64,000 bases of DNA from an uncultured Candidatus Entotheonella sp. Lineage in GTDB: Bacteria; Tectomicrobia; Entotheonellia; Entotheonellales; Entotheonellaceae. The notes beneath the pieces are model-generated. The model did not search any database, was not told where the DNA came from, and saw only the letters and a list, made by a program, of their open reading frames with translations. This document shows, piece after piece, positions 50,463-60,377 of the stretch. Numbering within the stretch: position 1 is the stretch's first letter; every line of letters begins with the position of its first letter. The translations under genes and the position numbers were made by a program. The stretch is taken from the NCBI GenBank assembly GCA_965217185.1, contig OZ244252.1, positions 3,200,001 through 3,264,000 of the forward strand, given 5' to 3'.

Positions 50463-52700
50463 TTAGGCGGTGCCGATCGGACCGCCGTCGTCGCGGGTGA
50501 TCACGATGGTGGCAGAGCGGGCGCGGCCCATCGCGCTTGGCAGCATCGTAGCGTCATCACCATCTGGCCAATGCCCTTCCGGGTGCTGGATGTTGACGAA
50601 CATCGACCGACGGTCTGGCGTCATGTCGATGCCGGTGATTTCGCAGCCGACGGGACCGACCAGAAAACGCTGCAGACTCCCGTCAACATTACCGGCGTCG
50701 ATGCCGCCGTCCTCCACCTCGCCGGGAATCGCTGCCAGCATCTGGTTGTGGTTGCCGTCGGGCTGGCCGCCGTCCGTCTGGATCCACAACAAACCGGCCG
50801 AGTCGAACCACAAGCCATCGCAGTCCGTGAATTCGTTGCCGGCGGTCAGAGCGGAGAAATTGGTGGTGCCTCCCGCATCGGAGCCGAATACGAAAATGTC
50901 CCACACAAAACCCGTCGAGGTCGGGTCGTTATCATTTTCCCGGAATCGAATGATGTGGCCGTCGGAATTCGGACCGCGCGGATTGGACGGCACCTCGCCG
51001 AATTCACGGTTCGCCAGGAATTCCGTGACTTCGTCTCGTGAGCCTTGGTCGCCGTCGGTGCGGGCGTCCGGGTCGGCATCGTCGAAGCCGCGCCGGTCCG
51101 AGTTGTTGGTCAGCGTGAAGTAGACCTCACCGTTTCTGGGGTTTACCGCACCCCACTCAGGTCGGTCCATAGGAGTCGCGCCCACCGCAAACGCCGACGC
51201 GCGGGTGTGCACCAGGATGGACGCCAAATCCCCGAACAACCCGTGAAACGGGCTTTGCATGTCTTCGCTGGCAGCCTGCAAGTCGGGGTTGTCCGGCCGC
51301 AACGGAATCCAGACACCGGTCTGGCGTCCGGTCATGGGGTCTGCGTCGAAGCGGGCCACGTACAGGGTACCTTCGTCCATGTAGGTGTCCCCGGTATCCA
51401 GTGGCGCTCCAGAGTTACCGGTGCGATGCATCTCGGCGGAAACGAATTTGTAGATGAACTGCAGTTGGTCGTCGTCGCCCATGTAAAACACGACCGGTTT
51501 GCCGTCGACCGCTTCGGCGGGCCATACGCCTTCATGGGCGAAGCGGCCCAGCGCCGTGCGCTTGCGGGGCGCGGCCTGCGGGTCCAGCGGATCGATTTCC
51601 ACGATGTAACCGAACTGGTTGCCCTCGTTGCGGTAGTCCTCCACGGCTGATTTGCCCGGCATTGGGGTGATGTTGAAGCGGTTGAATTCATCATCGCTCT
51701 CGTCCACGTGGCCAGCGAGGGTTGCCCATCCGTAGCGCCCACCGGGAACACGAACACCGATGCCGGCCAGATAGTTGGCATAGCCAATCTCATCCGGGAT
51801 TCTTTTGCCCCCATCTTCGACCGTGCGGTCGTCTCGGAAATAAAGGTCGTAATTCTCTTCGCAGGTGAGATGCGTGCCCCACGGGGTGTAGCCGTTGGCG
51901 CAGTTGTTCAACGTACCGCGGCCTGCGAGTCCGTCCTGGCTGTATTTGGTCTTCAACAAGTCACTTCCGGCCACCGGGCCGTGCAGGCCCATCTCCGTAT
52001 AGGCGGTGATGCGGCGGTTGTACTTCGAGTCTTTGACTATCGAGAACTGGCCGGTGGCCTCGTCGCGCTCGATGACGACACAGGAAACGCCGTGGGCGCG
52101 CTGCTCTTTGCGAACTTCGTCGACGTCGGTGCGGTTACCGTCGGCATCCGAGCTTGCCCCCGACTCGTGCATCAGAGCCTGTGTGATATTCTCGTGGTTG
52201 ATGCACAGGATGCCCAGGTCGCTGGCGTTGGGATCCAGTTCATATTCATCGTCGCCAATTTCTTTCAGGCCAAAGAAGCGCATGCCGTCGTGATGATCTC
52301 CGGCGCGGTAATCCCACTCCGAAGCCGGTTCGGTGCCCATGTTGGAATACTCGGCGAGGTCTGACGTGAACGGGTCCCCATAAGCGTACAGAACCTGGGC
52401 GCTGTGACCGGGCGGGAGGGTAACTTTGTCGTCCATGTTCAACGACACGACCTCGAAATTGAACTCCGGCGTCGCTGGTTGGGTGGTTCCGTCAGGCATT
52501 GTGGTGACGTCGTCGTCACCGTCGCAGCCGCCGAGGACAAGCCCGGCGAGGCCCGCCAGGCTGAGGGTCGTAGCACCAGCCAACACACTGCGGCGGGTCA
52601 CCAACTGTTCGATCCATGCGTTCATCTGTTCGCGCGTGACGGCCCTTTTGGTGGCACCGTTGGAATCTGCCGACTGTGTTGATAATGTTTTTTCAGACAT
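50463..52700 (-). CDS. phoX: PhoX (DUF839) alkaline phosphatase, Tat lipoprotein
   Basis: TRRSVL...LGGC, DHHDGM, INHE, NCANGYTPWGTHLTCEEN, GRFAHEG, MDRPEW, GCEITG, NIQHP. Confidence 0.93.
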   Translation of the reverse strand: MSEKTLSTQSADSNGATKRAVTREQMNAWIEQLVTRRSVLAGATTLSLAGLAGLVLGGCDGDDDVTTMPDGTTQPATPEFNFEVVSLNMDDKVTLPPGHSAQVLYAYGDPFTSDLAEYSNMGTEPASEWDYRAGDHHDGMRFFGLKEIGDDEYELDPNASDLGILCINHENITQALMHESGASSDADGNRTDVDEVRKEQRAHGVSCVVIERDEATGQFSIVKDSKYNRRITAYTEMGLHGPVAGSDLLKTKYSQDGLAGRGTLNNCANGYTPWGTHLTCEENYDLYFRDDRTVEDGGKRIPDEIGYANYLAGIGVRVPGGRYGWATLAGHVDESDDEFNRFNITPMPGKSAVEDYRNEGNQFGYIVEIDPLDPQAAPRKRTALGRFAHEGVWPAEAVDGKPVVFYMGDDDQLQFIYKFVSAEMHRTGNSGAPLDTGDTYMDEGTLYVARFDADPMTGRQTGVWIPLRPDNPDLQAASEDMQSPFHGLFGDLASILVHTRASAFAVGATPMDRPEWGAVNPRNGEVYFTLTNNSDRRGFDDADPDARTDGDQGSRDEVTEFLANREFGEVPSNPRGPNSDGHIIRFRENDNDPTSTGFVWDIFVFGSDAGGTTNFSALTAGNEFTDCDGLWFDSAGLLWIQTDGGQPDGNHNQMLAAIPGEVEDGGIDAGNVDGSLQRFLVGPVGCEITGIDMTPDRRSMFVNIQHPEGHWPDGDDATMLPSAMGRARSATIVITRDDGGPIGTA

Positions 52701-52835
52701 TTAGCAGTCCTCATCCAAAGCACTTAACCAATTCCAGGCCCGTTTGACCCAGACGCAGAAAACACCGCGTCGAATATGGATGTACACTGTAAGGAACACA
52801 TTAACCGACTGCGAAACTTTGGCAAACTAACCCGA

Positions 52836-52867
52836 GTAGGTCGGATTAGCGAAGCGTAATCCGACAT
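52836..52867 (+). repeat. GTAG-family REP
   Basis: GTAGGTCGGATTAGCGAAGCGTAATCCGACAT. Confidence 0.85.
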
Positions 52868-52893
52868 CGCGCAATACGCAGGAATCCACTCGC

Positions 52894-53601
52894 ATGCCCC
52901 ATCCGCAAACCGCCAACGGTTCCCTGATCGCCCCGCGCGTCTCCGTCATCGTCCCGACTCTCAACGAACAGGCCTGCCTCGCCGCCACACTTGACGCTCT
53001 CGTCTTGGATGTCGATGACGAACTCATCGTCGTCGACGCCGGCAGCACCGACGGCACGCCCGACATCGCCCGGCGTTACACGTCGAAATTCTACCAGGGT
53101 CCCCGAGGCCGGGCGCAGCAGATGAACCGCGGCGCCCGACATGCTCACGGCGATATCCTGCTCTTCCTGCACGCCGACACATTGCTGCCGGCCGACGGCT
53201 TGGACGCGGTGCGGCGCGCCCTGCAACAGCCGGGCACGGTCGTCGGCGCCTTTTGCCTGACCATCACACCGGCGACACCTGCTCTGCGCCTGGTGGCCTG
53301 GGGCACCAATCTGAGAAGCCGCTTCGGCGGCCTGCCATACGGCGACCAAGCCCTTTTCGTTCCCCGCCGGGTTTTCGAGGAACTGGGCGGCTACGACGAC
53401 GTGCCGTTCATGGAGGACATCCGCTTGGTGCAGGCGCTACGCCGCCGCGGCCGCCTGACCATCCTACCGCAGGCCGTTGCCACCTCCGGGCGCCGCTGGC
53501 AGCGTGACGGCGTACTCTTTACCACGGCGCGCAACATCGCGCTCATGACCTTGTACTTCTGCGGCGTCCAGCCCGCAACGCTGAAACGGTGGTATGGGTA
53601 A
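52894..53601 (+). CDS. GT2 glycosyltransferase, TIGR04283-like
   Basis: SVIVPTLNE, GRAQQMNRGA, FLHADT, PYGDQALF, FMED, TSGRRW. Confidence 0.88.
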   Translation: MPHPQTANGSLIAPRVSVIVPTLNEQACLAATLDALVLDVDDELIVVDAGSTDGTPDIARRYTSKFYQGPRGRAQQMNRGARHAHGDILLFLHADTLLPADGLDAVRRALQQPGTVVGAFCLTITPATPALRLVAWGTNLRSRFGGLPYGDQALFVPRRVFEELGGYDDVPFMEDIRLVQALRRRGRLTILPQAVATSGRRWQRDGVLFTTARNIALMTLYFCGVQPATLKRWYG

Positions 53602-53701
53602 GGCGCACTTTCTGGGGCTCGCCTGTCAGTTTCAGTTTCTGTTATAGTGTTGTAAATCACGGCATTAGTAGTGTGAAATCCATTAGTGAGGAGAATCGAT
53701 T

Positions 53702-54679
53702 GTGAAACGGATCCTGTTGAGTTGTCTGTTGTGCGTTGTCCTGGCATTGCCCGGGATGGTCATGAGCGAGGAGCATGAGAATAAGGCCAGCGGCTCCCTC
53801 TATGGCCGGCTCTGGCCCAAGGTAACCTATAAGTCCCCCAGTGACGGGGAACCGAATACGGACATCACGGACGCGCTATCGCGGATCGGTGTCGCCGCGG
53901 ATTACAAATTGAGCGAGACGCTAACCGCCGTTCTCCAGGCGGAAATGCGTGTCAATCTTGGCGCGGATGGCAGCCAGGATTTTCTCACGGAGCACCTGGG
54001 TTACGTCGGCTTAAAAAGCAGCGACTTGGGTCTCTTCGCCATCGGCACGCAGTGGAACCCGTACTACAACATCGTTGCGGAAGTGACCGATGTGTACTAC
54101 CACCGCGCCAGCCCGTTTGGCTATGACAACGAGGGACCGTTCCGCACGGAACAAATCGTGAGGTACGCCTACAGTTTTAGTGGTTTGAAGCTGGACCTGG
54201 GGGTTCAGCTAAAGGGCCAGGATTCAGGCGCCGACGACTTTGACCAAGTTTATGCCGGCGTGGGCTACAGCTATGGGCCGGTCTATGTTGGCCTTGGCTA
54301 CATGGGAGATGAAGCAGGCCAGCGCGACCTTGCTGGCATTGGCGCAAGCCTGAATGTGACGGACGACCTGTACCTTGCGGTTACCTATCAGGCCATTCAG
54401 TACGACACAGGTCCAGATGGCGATACGCTGGACTTGGCGGCCACCTATTCTTTCGGCTCAGGTTATACCCTCATCGCAGGCGTATTCACCTACGATAATG
54501 GCGAGGACACCTCCAAGCATTTTGGTAACAACCTCACGTTGGTCAAATCGTTGACCAGCGACGTGAGGGTGTTTGCCGAATGGTTGCGCAAGGATTTCCA
54601 GGAAGGCGACCGCAAAGATGAAACTGAGGATACCCTCAGTCTCGGCCTCCGGATCTCCTTCGACGCCAAAATCCTGTAG
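53702..54679 (+). CDS. Gram-negative porin
   Basis: Signal peptide, LYGRL, SRIG, GYVGLKS, alternating beta strands, LGLRISF near the C-terminus. Confidence 0.8.
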   Translation: MKRILLSCLLCVVLALPGMVMSEEHENKASGSLYGRLWPKVTYKSPSDGEPNTDITDALSRIGVAADYKLSETLTAVLQAEMRVNLGADGSQDFLTEHLGYVGLKSSDLGLFAIGTQWNPYYNIVAEVTDVYYHRASPFGYDNEGPFRTEQIVRYAYSFSGLKLDLGVQLKGQDSGADDFDQVYAGVGYSYGPVYVGLGYMGDEAGQRDLAGIGASLNVTDDLYLAVTYQAIQYDTGPDGDTLDLAATYSFGSGYTLIAGVFTYDNGEDTSKHFGNNLTLVKSLTSDVRVFAEWLRKDFQEGDRKDETEDTLSLGLRISFDAKIL

Positions 54680-54781
54680 CGCGCGTTCCCGCGTACGAAC
54701 GGGCGGGGGTCGGCGTTTCCTGCCAGCCCGAATTCCCTGCCCGTGTCTAACCTCTACACCAGCCCCTTCTAAAGAGCCCCA

Positions 54782-55645
54782 ATGGCCACGACCACCGCTG
54801 CCATCGCTGACGCCGTGCCGCAATTGCAACAGGTCCCCTACTACGTGCCGCTGGCTGACGAGGTCGAGGTGTTCCTTGCCGCCTACGAAGCCCGCCTGCC
54901 CGTGCTGCTCACCGGCCCCACCGGCTGCGGCAAAACGCGTTTCGTGGAGTATATGGCGCACGTCCTCTATCGCCAGGACACACACGCCTCCCCGTCCCGT
55001 TTCGGCCTCGGTGAGCCGCTCGTCACCGTCGCCTGCCACGAGGACCTCAGCGCCAGCGACCTGGTGGGGCGTTACCTGCTCAGCGGCGAGGAAACCGTGT
55101 GGATCGACGGCCCCCTGACCCGTGCCGTGTGCAGCGGTGCGATCTGCTACCTCGACGAGATCGTCGAAGCGCGCAAGGACACCATGGTCCTCATCCACGC
55201 CCTCACCGATCACCGCCGCATGTTGCCGGTCGAAAAACGCAGCCTCGTCCTCAACGCGCACGGCGACTTTCTGCTCGTGATGTCCTATAACCCCGGCTAC
55301 CAGAGCGTCCTCAAAGACCTGAAGCCCAGCACCCGGCAGCGCTTCGTGTCGTTGGCCTTCGACTACCCGCCGCACGACTGCGAAGCCGACATCATCGCCC
55401 ACGAAAGCGGCGTCGATACCGAAACGGCGGGCGATCTCGCCACCCTCGGCGCCAAGGTGCGGCACCTGCGCCAGCACGGCTTCGAGGAGGGCGTCAGCAC
55501 GCGCCTGCTGGTGTACGCCGGGCAACTCATCATGCGCGGCATCCCGGCGCGGCGCGCCTGCGAGGTGGCCGTCTGCCGGGCCGTCACGGACGACGCCGAG
55601 GTGCATCGCACCATCGCCGAGCTGGCGTCGACCCTCTTTCCCTGA
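54782..55645 (+). CDS. CbbQ/NirQ/NorQ family MoxR AAA+ ATPase
   Basis: [54 protein letters not shown]. Confidence 0.93.
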   Translation: MATTTAAIADAVPQLQQVPYYVPLADEVEVFLAAYEARLPVLLTGPTGCGKTRFVEYMAHVLYRQDTHASPSRFGLGEPLVTVACHEDLSASDLVGRYLLSGEETVWIDGPLTRAVCSGAICYLDEIVEARKDTMVLIHALTDHRRMLPVEKRSLVLNAHGDFLLVMSYNPGYQSVLKDLKPSTRQRFVSLAFDYPPHDCEADIIAHESGVDTETAGDLATLGAKVRHLRQHGFEEGVSTRLLVYAGQLIMRGIPARRACEVAVCRAVTDDAEVHRTIAELASTLFP

Positions 55646-55663
55646 TCGAACCCCTTGAACGCC

Positions 55664-58600
55664 ATGCCCTTACGCCGGCCCGATTGCCCTCAATCCCTGC
55701 CCACCATGCTCGAACCCTTGGCGGCGGTGTCCGCGCCCGTAGCCGAGCGCGCCTTGCATGCCAAGCCGGCCATGTGCGCCGGGCTGTCTGAGGCCGAATT
55801 GACTCGCTGGCTGGCCTGGTGTGAGCGGTTGGCGACGTGCGGCTGGCGTAGCGCCGAAAGCGCCGAGGCATTCATCCGGGTGAGCCCGTTTCTTCTGCAG
55901 CGTCTATCGGCGGCACAACTCTGGCAGTGGGCCGAGCACGGGGAAACCCTGGCGCGCATCTCCGCGGCAGCCGCCTCGTCCTTCTTTCGAGCCGCCAAGC
56001 CCTTTGTCCAACAAGCACCGAACGCCGCCCTGCCCCAATGGGTGGCGGATGGGCAGTGGTATCTGCAACAACATCCGACGTTCGCGGCCCTGGCGGAGAC
56101 GTATTTCGAGGTCAGTCCGGCCGTGTACGGCCAATATCCGTTCGCCGACGCTCAAGTCTGGGGACAACTGGGGCACGATTTCGCCCGCCTCGGCTGGCAG
56201 CCCGCACGCGACTTCCTGGCGCTCAGCCGGCACCTTGCGGAGCAGGCGCCCGAGGTCGCCCTCGCCCCGGCCTGGCAACAGGCGCGCCGCATGCTGCCGC
56301 AGGCCGGCAAGCTGGCCCTGGAATACCTGGCACACTACCCCGACTACGTGCAGCGCTTCGGCGATGCCGGCGCCGCGGTTCTGCGCGACATCGTGGACGA
56401 ACTGCTGGCGCCGCAGATCACGGACGCTGAGGCTTTCCTTCATCAAGTGGGCAATACCCTGATTTTATTGCCGGCCGCAGAGTGCCTACAAGCGCTGACC
56501 TGGTGCCGGGAAATCAGCACCGTCAGCCACGCCGGCGGGCTGGCGTTCCTCAACCATCTGAGCGCCCTGCGGGAACGTCTGCCGGACAACCGTCTGCACG
56601 ACTGGACCAATGCCGGCATTGACGTAGCCAAACGCCACGCGCCGGCCGGTGCGGCCTACTTCACGCTGGAATCGGCAACCGCATTCGACAACCTGCAAGC
56701 ACTACAAAAGCGGGTTGAGTTCGCCGCCGTCGAGCCGGTACTACGGCTGTACACCCACGCCATCCTGGGCCGTCGCATGGACTTGCAAACCACGGACACA
56801 CCGCCGCAGGACGTGTTGCGCGCCGGCTCCGACTTGCCAACCTCAGATGGCACGTCCATTTACTTGCCGCCGCGGGTGGACGACTTCGACACCGTGGCCC
56901 ATAACTTCGGTGTCTACAAGGTCGCCATCCTGCACCAAGCCGGGTTTTACGAAAGCGGCACCTTTGCGTTCGATCTGGCCGAGTGTCGCCGTCGCTTGCC
57001 CCCCTTACCCGCAGCACCCGACGGCACCGGGTTGTCATCCTTCCAGGACTTTTTCGACAGCTTTGCCGAACCCGGCCTCGCCCGTAGCCTGTTCGCCATT
57101 TTTGAAGACACCCGCGTCGATGCCTGGATCGCCCGTCATTACAAGGGCATCCGCGCTGACCTCAGCCGCCTCATGCAGCACAGCCTCAATCAGCGGCCGC
57201 CGTTAAACGGCATGCCCCTGCGCCAAGCGCTGCTGGAGGGCCTGCTGCAACTCAGCCTCGGCGCCGAACCGGCGAGCTTCGACCCGCCGCCGGCGCGCCT
57301 GCTGTTGCAACGCCTGGCGCCGCTGATGCAATCGCTGTTCACTGCCGCGGCCACGGTGTACGACACCACCGCCGCCGTCTTGCAAGCCTATCGGCTGCTG
57401 ACGCAGATCCCGGACGACGCCGGCCTCACCTTTAAGCTCAGCGCCGCGGACCTGCTCTCGGCGCTCGACCTCAGCCTCACGGACGACGCCGACATGCTCG
57501 CCCTCGCCGACCTGTTCCGCGCCGCTGGCGATGCCGCCGACCGACTGCCCGTATTGCCAGGCGGCGACGCGCCTGCTATCGGCGTGGATGCCGTGCCCTA
57601 TCGCGGCGCCGTCAAGCCCGACGTCATCGAGAAAAAGATGCGCCTGAGCGAGCTGGAAGACGCGCTGCGCCGTCACGACGGCCTCAGCCCGCTGTCGCCG
57701 GAAGCCCTCAAGGCGCTGCTGGAAAACGACGGCCTCGATATCAAGAGCCTGCAACGGGGAGAGGTCAACGCCACCACTGGGCTGTTTGTCTCCAATCTGC
57801 AGGGCCGACCGGCTGAAAACGACACCGCAGCCCAGCGCGAATCCCTACGGGAACGGGCCGACCTGCTGCGCGCCGAGTTGGGTGACACGGAAGCCGAGCC
57901 CGTGCGCCTGCCTCAGACCTTTCACTACGACGAGTGGGACTACCTGATCGGCGATTACCGCCGCGCCTGGTGTTGCCTGCGGGAAATGCCCTTGGGCGAC
58001 GCCGGCCCGGATTTCGTTATCAACACCCGACGCGCCTACGCCGAGTTGCTGGCGCAGGTGAAGCGGCAATTCCAGTTGCTCAAGCCCGAGCAGTTCAAGA
58101 CTGTCAAGCCGCTCACCGACGGCGAGGCTATAGACCTCGACAGCGCCGTCGAGGCGTTCGTCGACCGCCGCGCCGGCCACACCCTGGCCGACAAGGTCTA
58201 CGCCCGCCGCGACAAGCAGGACCGCAGCGTCGCGGCGGTGTTTTTGCTCGACATGAGCGCCTCCACCGATGACAAGATCAAGAACCCCGATGGCCGCCCA
58301 GCCGATGACGGCGAGCCGCCGCGGCGCATCATCGACGTCGAAAAGGAGGCCCTGGTGCTCATGGCCGAGGCCCTCGAAGCCCTCGGCGATGCCTACGCCG
58401 TGTACGGCTTCTCCGGCTACGGCCGCGACCAGGTCGACGCATTCGTGGTCAAGTCGTTCGACGAGCCTTACGACCGCCGCATCCAGGGCCGCATCGCCGC
58501 CATCGAGCCGCACCGCAGCACCCGCATGGGGCCGGTGATTCGCCATGCCGCCGCCCAGCTGGGGCGCCAGGAAGCGCGCCTCAAGGCGTTGATCCTGCTG

Positions 58601-58849
58601 AGCGACGGCTACCCGCAGGATTTCGATTACGGCCAGGACCGCAAGAGCAAGGAATACGGCCTGCAGGACACCACCAAGGCGTTGCAGGAAGCGCGGCTCA
58701 AGGCAATTCACACCTTCTGCATTACCGTCGACCCCAGCGGCCACGATTACCTGCGCCAGATGTGTCCCGACCGGCAATACCTGGTGATCGACGACATGGC
58801 GGCGCTGCCACAGGAATTGCCCAAGGTATATCGCGGACTGACCGTTTGA
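55664..58849 (+). CDS. Large NorD/CbbO-like VWA protein
   Basis: PTSDG..IYLP, EDTRVD, YDEWDY, MIDAS DMSAST...LSDGYP; about 340-aa helical N-terminal extension. Confidence 0.88.
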   Translation: MPLRRPDCPQSLPTMLEPLAAVSAPVAERALHAKPAMCAGLSEAELTRWLAWCERLATCGWRSAESAEAFIRVSPFLLQRLSAAQLWQWAEHGETLARISAAAASSFFRAAKPFVQQAPNAALPQWVADGQWYLQQHPTFAALAETYFEVSPAVYGQYPFADAQVWGQLGHDFARLGWQPARDFLALSRHLAEQAPEVALAPAWQQARRMLPQAGKLALEYLAHYPDYVQRFGDAGAAVLRDIVDELLAPQITDAEAFLHQVGNTLILLPAAECLQALTWCREISTVSHAGGLAFLNHLSALRERLPDNRLHDWTNAGIDVAKRHAPAGAAYFTLESATAFDNLQALQKRVEFAAVEPVLRLYTHAILGRRMDLQTTDTPPQDVLRAGSDLPTSDGTSIYLPPRVDDFDTVAHNFGVYKVAILHQAGFYESGTFAFDLAECRRRLPPLPAAPDGTGLSSFQDFFDSFAEPGLARSLFAIFEDTRVDAWIARHYKGIRADLSRLMQHSLNQRPPLNGMPLRQALLEGLLQLSLGAEPASFDPPPARLLLQRLAPLMQSLFTAAATVYDTTAAVLQAYRLLTQIPDDAGLTFKLSAADLLSALDLSLTDDADMLALADLFRAAGDAADRLPVLPGGDAPAIGVDAVPYRGAVKPDVIEKKMRLSELEDALRRHDGLSPLSPEALKALLENDGLDIKSLQRGEVNATTGLFVSNLQGRPAENDTAAQRESLRERADLLRAELGDTEAEPVRLPQTFHYDEWDYLIGDYRRAWCCLREMPLGDAGPDFVINTRRAYAELLAQVKRQFQLLKPEQFKTVKPLTDGEAIDLDSAVEAFVDRRAGHTLADKVYARRDKQDRSVAAVFLLDMSASTDDKIKNPDGRPADDGEPPRRIIDVEKEALVLMAEALEALGDAYAVYGFSGYGRDQVDAFVVKSFDEPYDRRIQGRIAAIEPHRSTRMGPVIRHAAAQLGRQEARLKALILLSDGYPQDFDYGQDRKSKEYGLQDTTKALQEARLKAIHTFCITVDPSGHDYLRQMCPDRQYLVIDDMAALPQELPKVYRGLTV

Positions 58850-58884
58850 GGGCCGTCACGGCACGCTGACAGAGAGGGGGAAAT

Positions 58885-59544
58885 ATGGTTACGGTTATCG
58901 GCATTACGGGCGGCATCGGCGCCGGCAAGAGCTCGGCCTCGGCTATCCTGGCTGAGCTGGGCGCCGAGGTCATCGATGCAGACAAGGCGGCGCATCAGAT
59001 CTATTTGCCCGACACACCCGCTTGGCGCGAGATCGTGGAAGCGTTCGGCGAGGAAGTGCTGGCCGCCGACCGTACCGTCGACCGCCGCAAGCTCGGCCCG
59101 AAGGTGTTCGCCGACCCCGCCGCCCTGCAATCCCTGAACCGGATCATGCACGGCAAGATTTTCGCCTACATCCAGGGGCAGATCGCCTACATCCGCCGGA
59201 CGGAGGCGGCGCGTCCACAGCAAGCGGCAGCGAGCGTAGACAATGAGCCAGCACGAGCGCAGCGAGTGGTGGCGGTCGAGGCCGCCGTGCTGCTCGAAGC
59301 CGGCTGGCAAGCCCTGGTGGACCAGCTCTGGGTGGTGGTCGCGCCAGTCGAGGTGGCCATTGCCCGCCTACGCGACGACAGGGGTGTGCCCGAGGACCAG
59401 GCACGCGCCCGCATCGCCGCCCAGATATCCAACGACGAGCGCATCGCCCACGCCGACACCGTCATCCACAACGCCGCCGATCTCGACGCCCTGCGAGCCG
59501 CTATTGCCACGGCGTGGCAGCGCCTGGGCACCTCGCAAGCATAA
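58885..59544 (+). CDS. coaE: Dephospho-CoA kinase
   Basis: IGITGGIGAGKS, IDAD, DRRKLG..VF, ARIAAQ. Confidence 0.92.
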   Translation: MVTVIGITGGIGAGKSSASAILAELGAEVIDADKAAHQIYLPDTPAWREIVEAFGEEVLAADRTVDRRKLGPKVFADPAALQSLNRIMHGKIFAYIQGQIAYIRRTEAARPQQAAASVDNEPARAQRVVAVEAAVLLEAGWQALVDQLWVVVAPVEVAIARLRDDRGVPEDQARARIAAQISNDERIAHADTVIHNAADLDALRAAIATAWQRLGTSQA

Positions 59545-59573
59545 AATGACAAAAACAACAGGAAGGGAACATC

Positions 59574-60296
59574 ATGCGACCTGACGGGCGCGGCCGCGAC
59601 GAATTGCGGCCCCTGAGCATTACCCCCGGCGTGGCCAAGTACGCCGAAGGCTCGGCGCTGATCACCATGGGCGACACGCAGGTGCGCTGCACCGCGTCGG
59701 TGGAGGAATCGGTGCCGCGGTTCCGGCGCGACAGCGGCCGGGGCTGGGTGAGCGCTGAGTACGCCATGCTGCCCCGCGCTACCCACACGCGCACGCCGCG
59801 CGAGGCGTCGAGCGGGCGGCAGGGCGGCCGAACGCTGGAAATTCAGCGCCTGATCGGGCGCTCGCTGCGCGCCGTGGTTGATTTCGAGCAACTCGGCGAG
59901 CGCACCGTGTGGCTGGACTGCGACGTTATCCAGGCCGACGGCGGCACGCGCACCGCCTCGATCAGCGGCGCCTACGTGGCCCTGTACGCCGCCCTGCAGC
60001 ACCTCAAGGATGAAGGTGTGCTGACGACCATCCCGCTGCGCGACGCGGTGGCTGCGGTCAGCCTGGGCATCGTCGCCGGCGAGGCGTGCCTGGACCTGAA
60101 TTACCAGGAAGATTCAACGTCGGACGTGGATATGAACGTAGTGATGACGGGGCAGGGTTCCCTGGTGGAGATCCAGGGCACGGCAGAAGGGGCGCCGTTC
60201 AGTCAGGAAGCGTTGCTGGAGCTGTTGGGATTGGCGCGGCAGGGGATCGACCAGATTGTCGCCGCCCAGCGCGCTGCCCTTAGTAGGTCGGATTAG
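59574..60296 (+). CDS. rph: Ribonuclease PH
   Basis: [50 protein letters not shown]. Confidence 0.96.
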   Translation: MRPDGRGRDELRPLSITPGVAKYAEGSALITMGDTQVRCTASVEESVPRFRRDSGRGWVSAEYAMLPRATHTRTPREASSGRQGGRTLEIQRLIGRSLRAVVDFEQLGERTVWLDCDVIQADGGTRTASISGAYVALYAALQHLKDEGVLTTIPLRDAVAAVSLGIVAGEACLDLNYQEDSTSDVDMNVVMTGQGSLVEIQGTAEGAPFSQEALLELLGLARQGIDQIVAAQRAALSRSD

Positions 60297-60314
60297 CGCC
60301 AGCGTAATCCGACA
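60283..60314 (+). repeat. GTAG-family REP overlapping the rph stop codon
   Basis: GTAGGTCGGATTAGCGCCAGCGTAATCCGACA. Confidence 0.82.
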
Positions 60315-60377
60315 AGTCCTACCGCAGAAGCGGGGGCATAAACTGCCCCCGTGCAAAGCAAGACCGCGCAGACCCTC

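Noticed and set aside
52894..53601. Arsenosugar biosynthesis cluster
   Set aside because: Only the TIGR04283-like glycosyltransferase is present; no arsS, arsM or partner glycosyltransferase nearby
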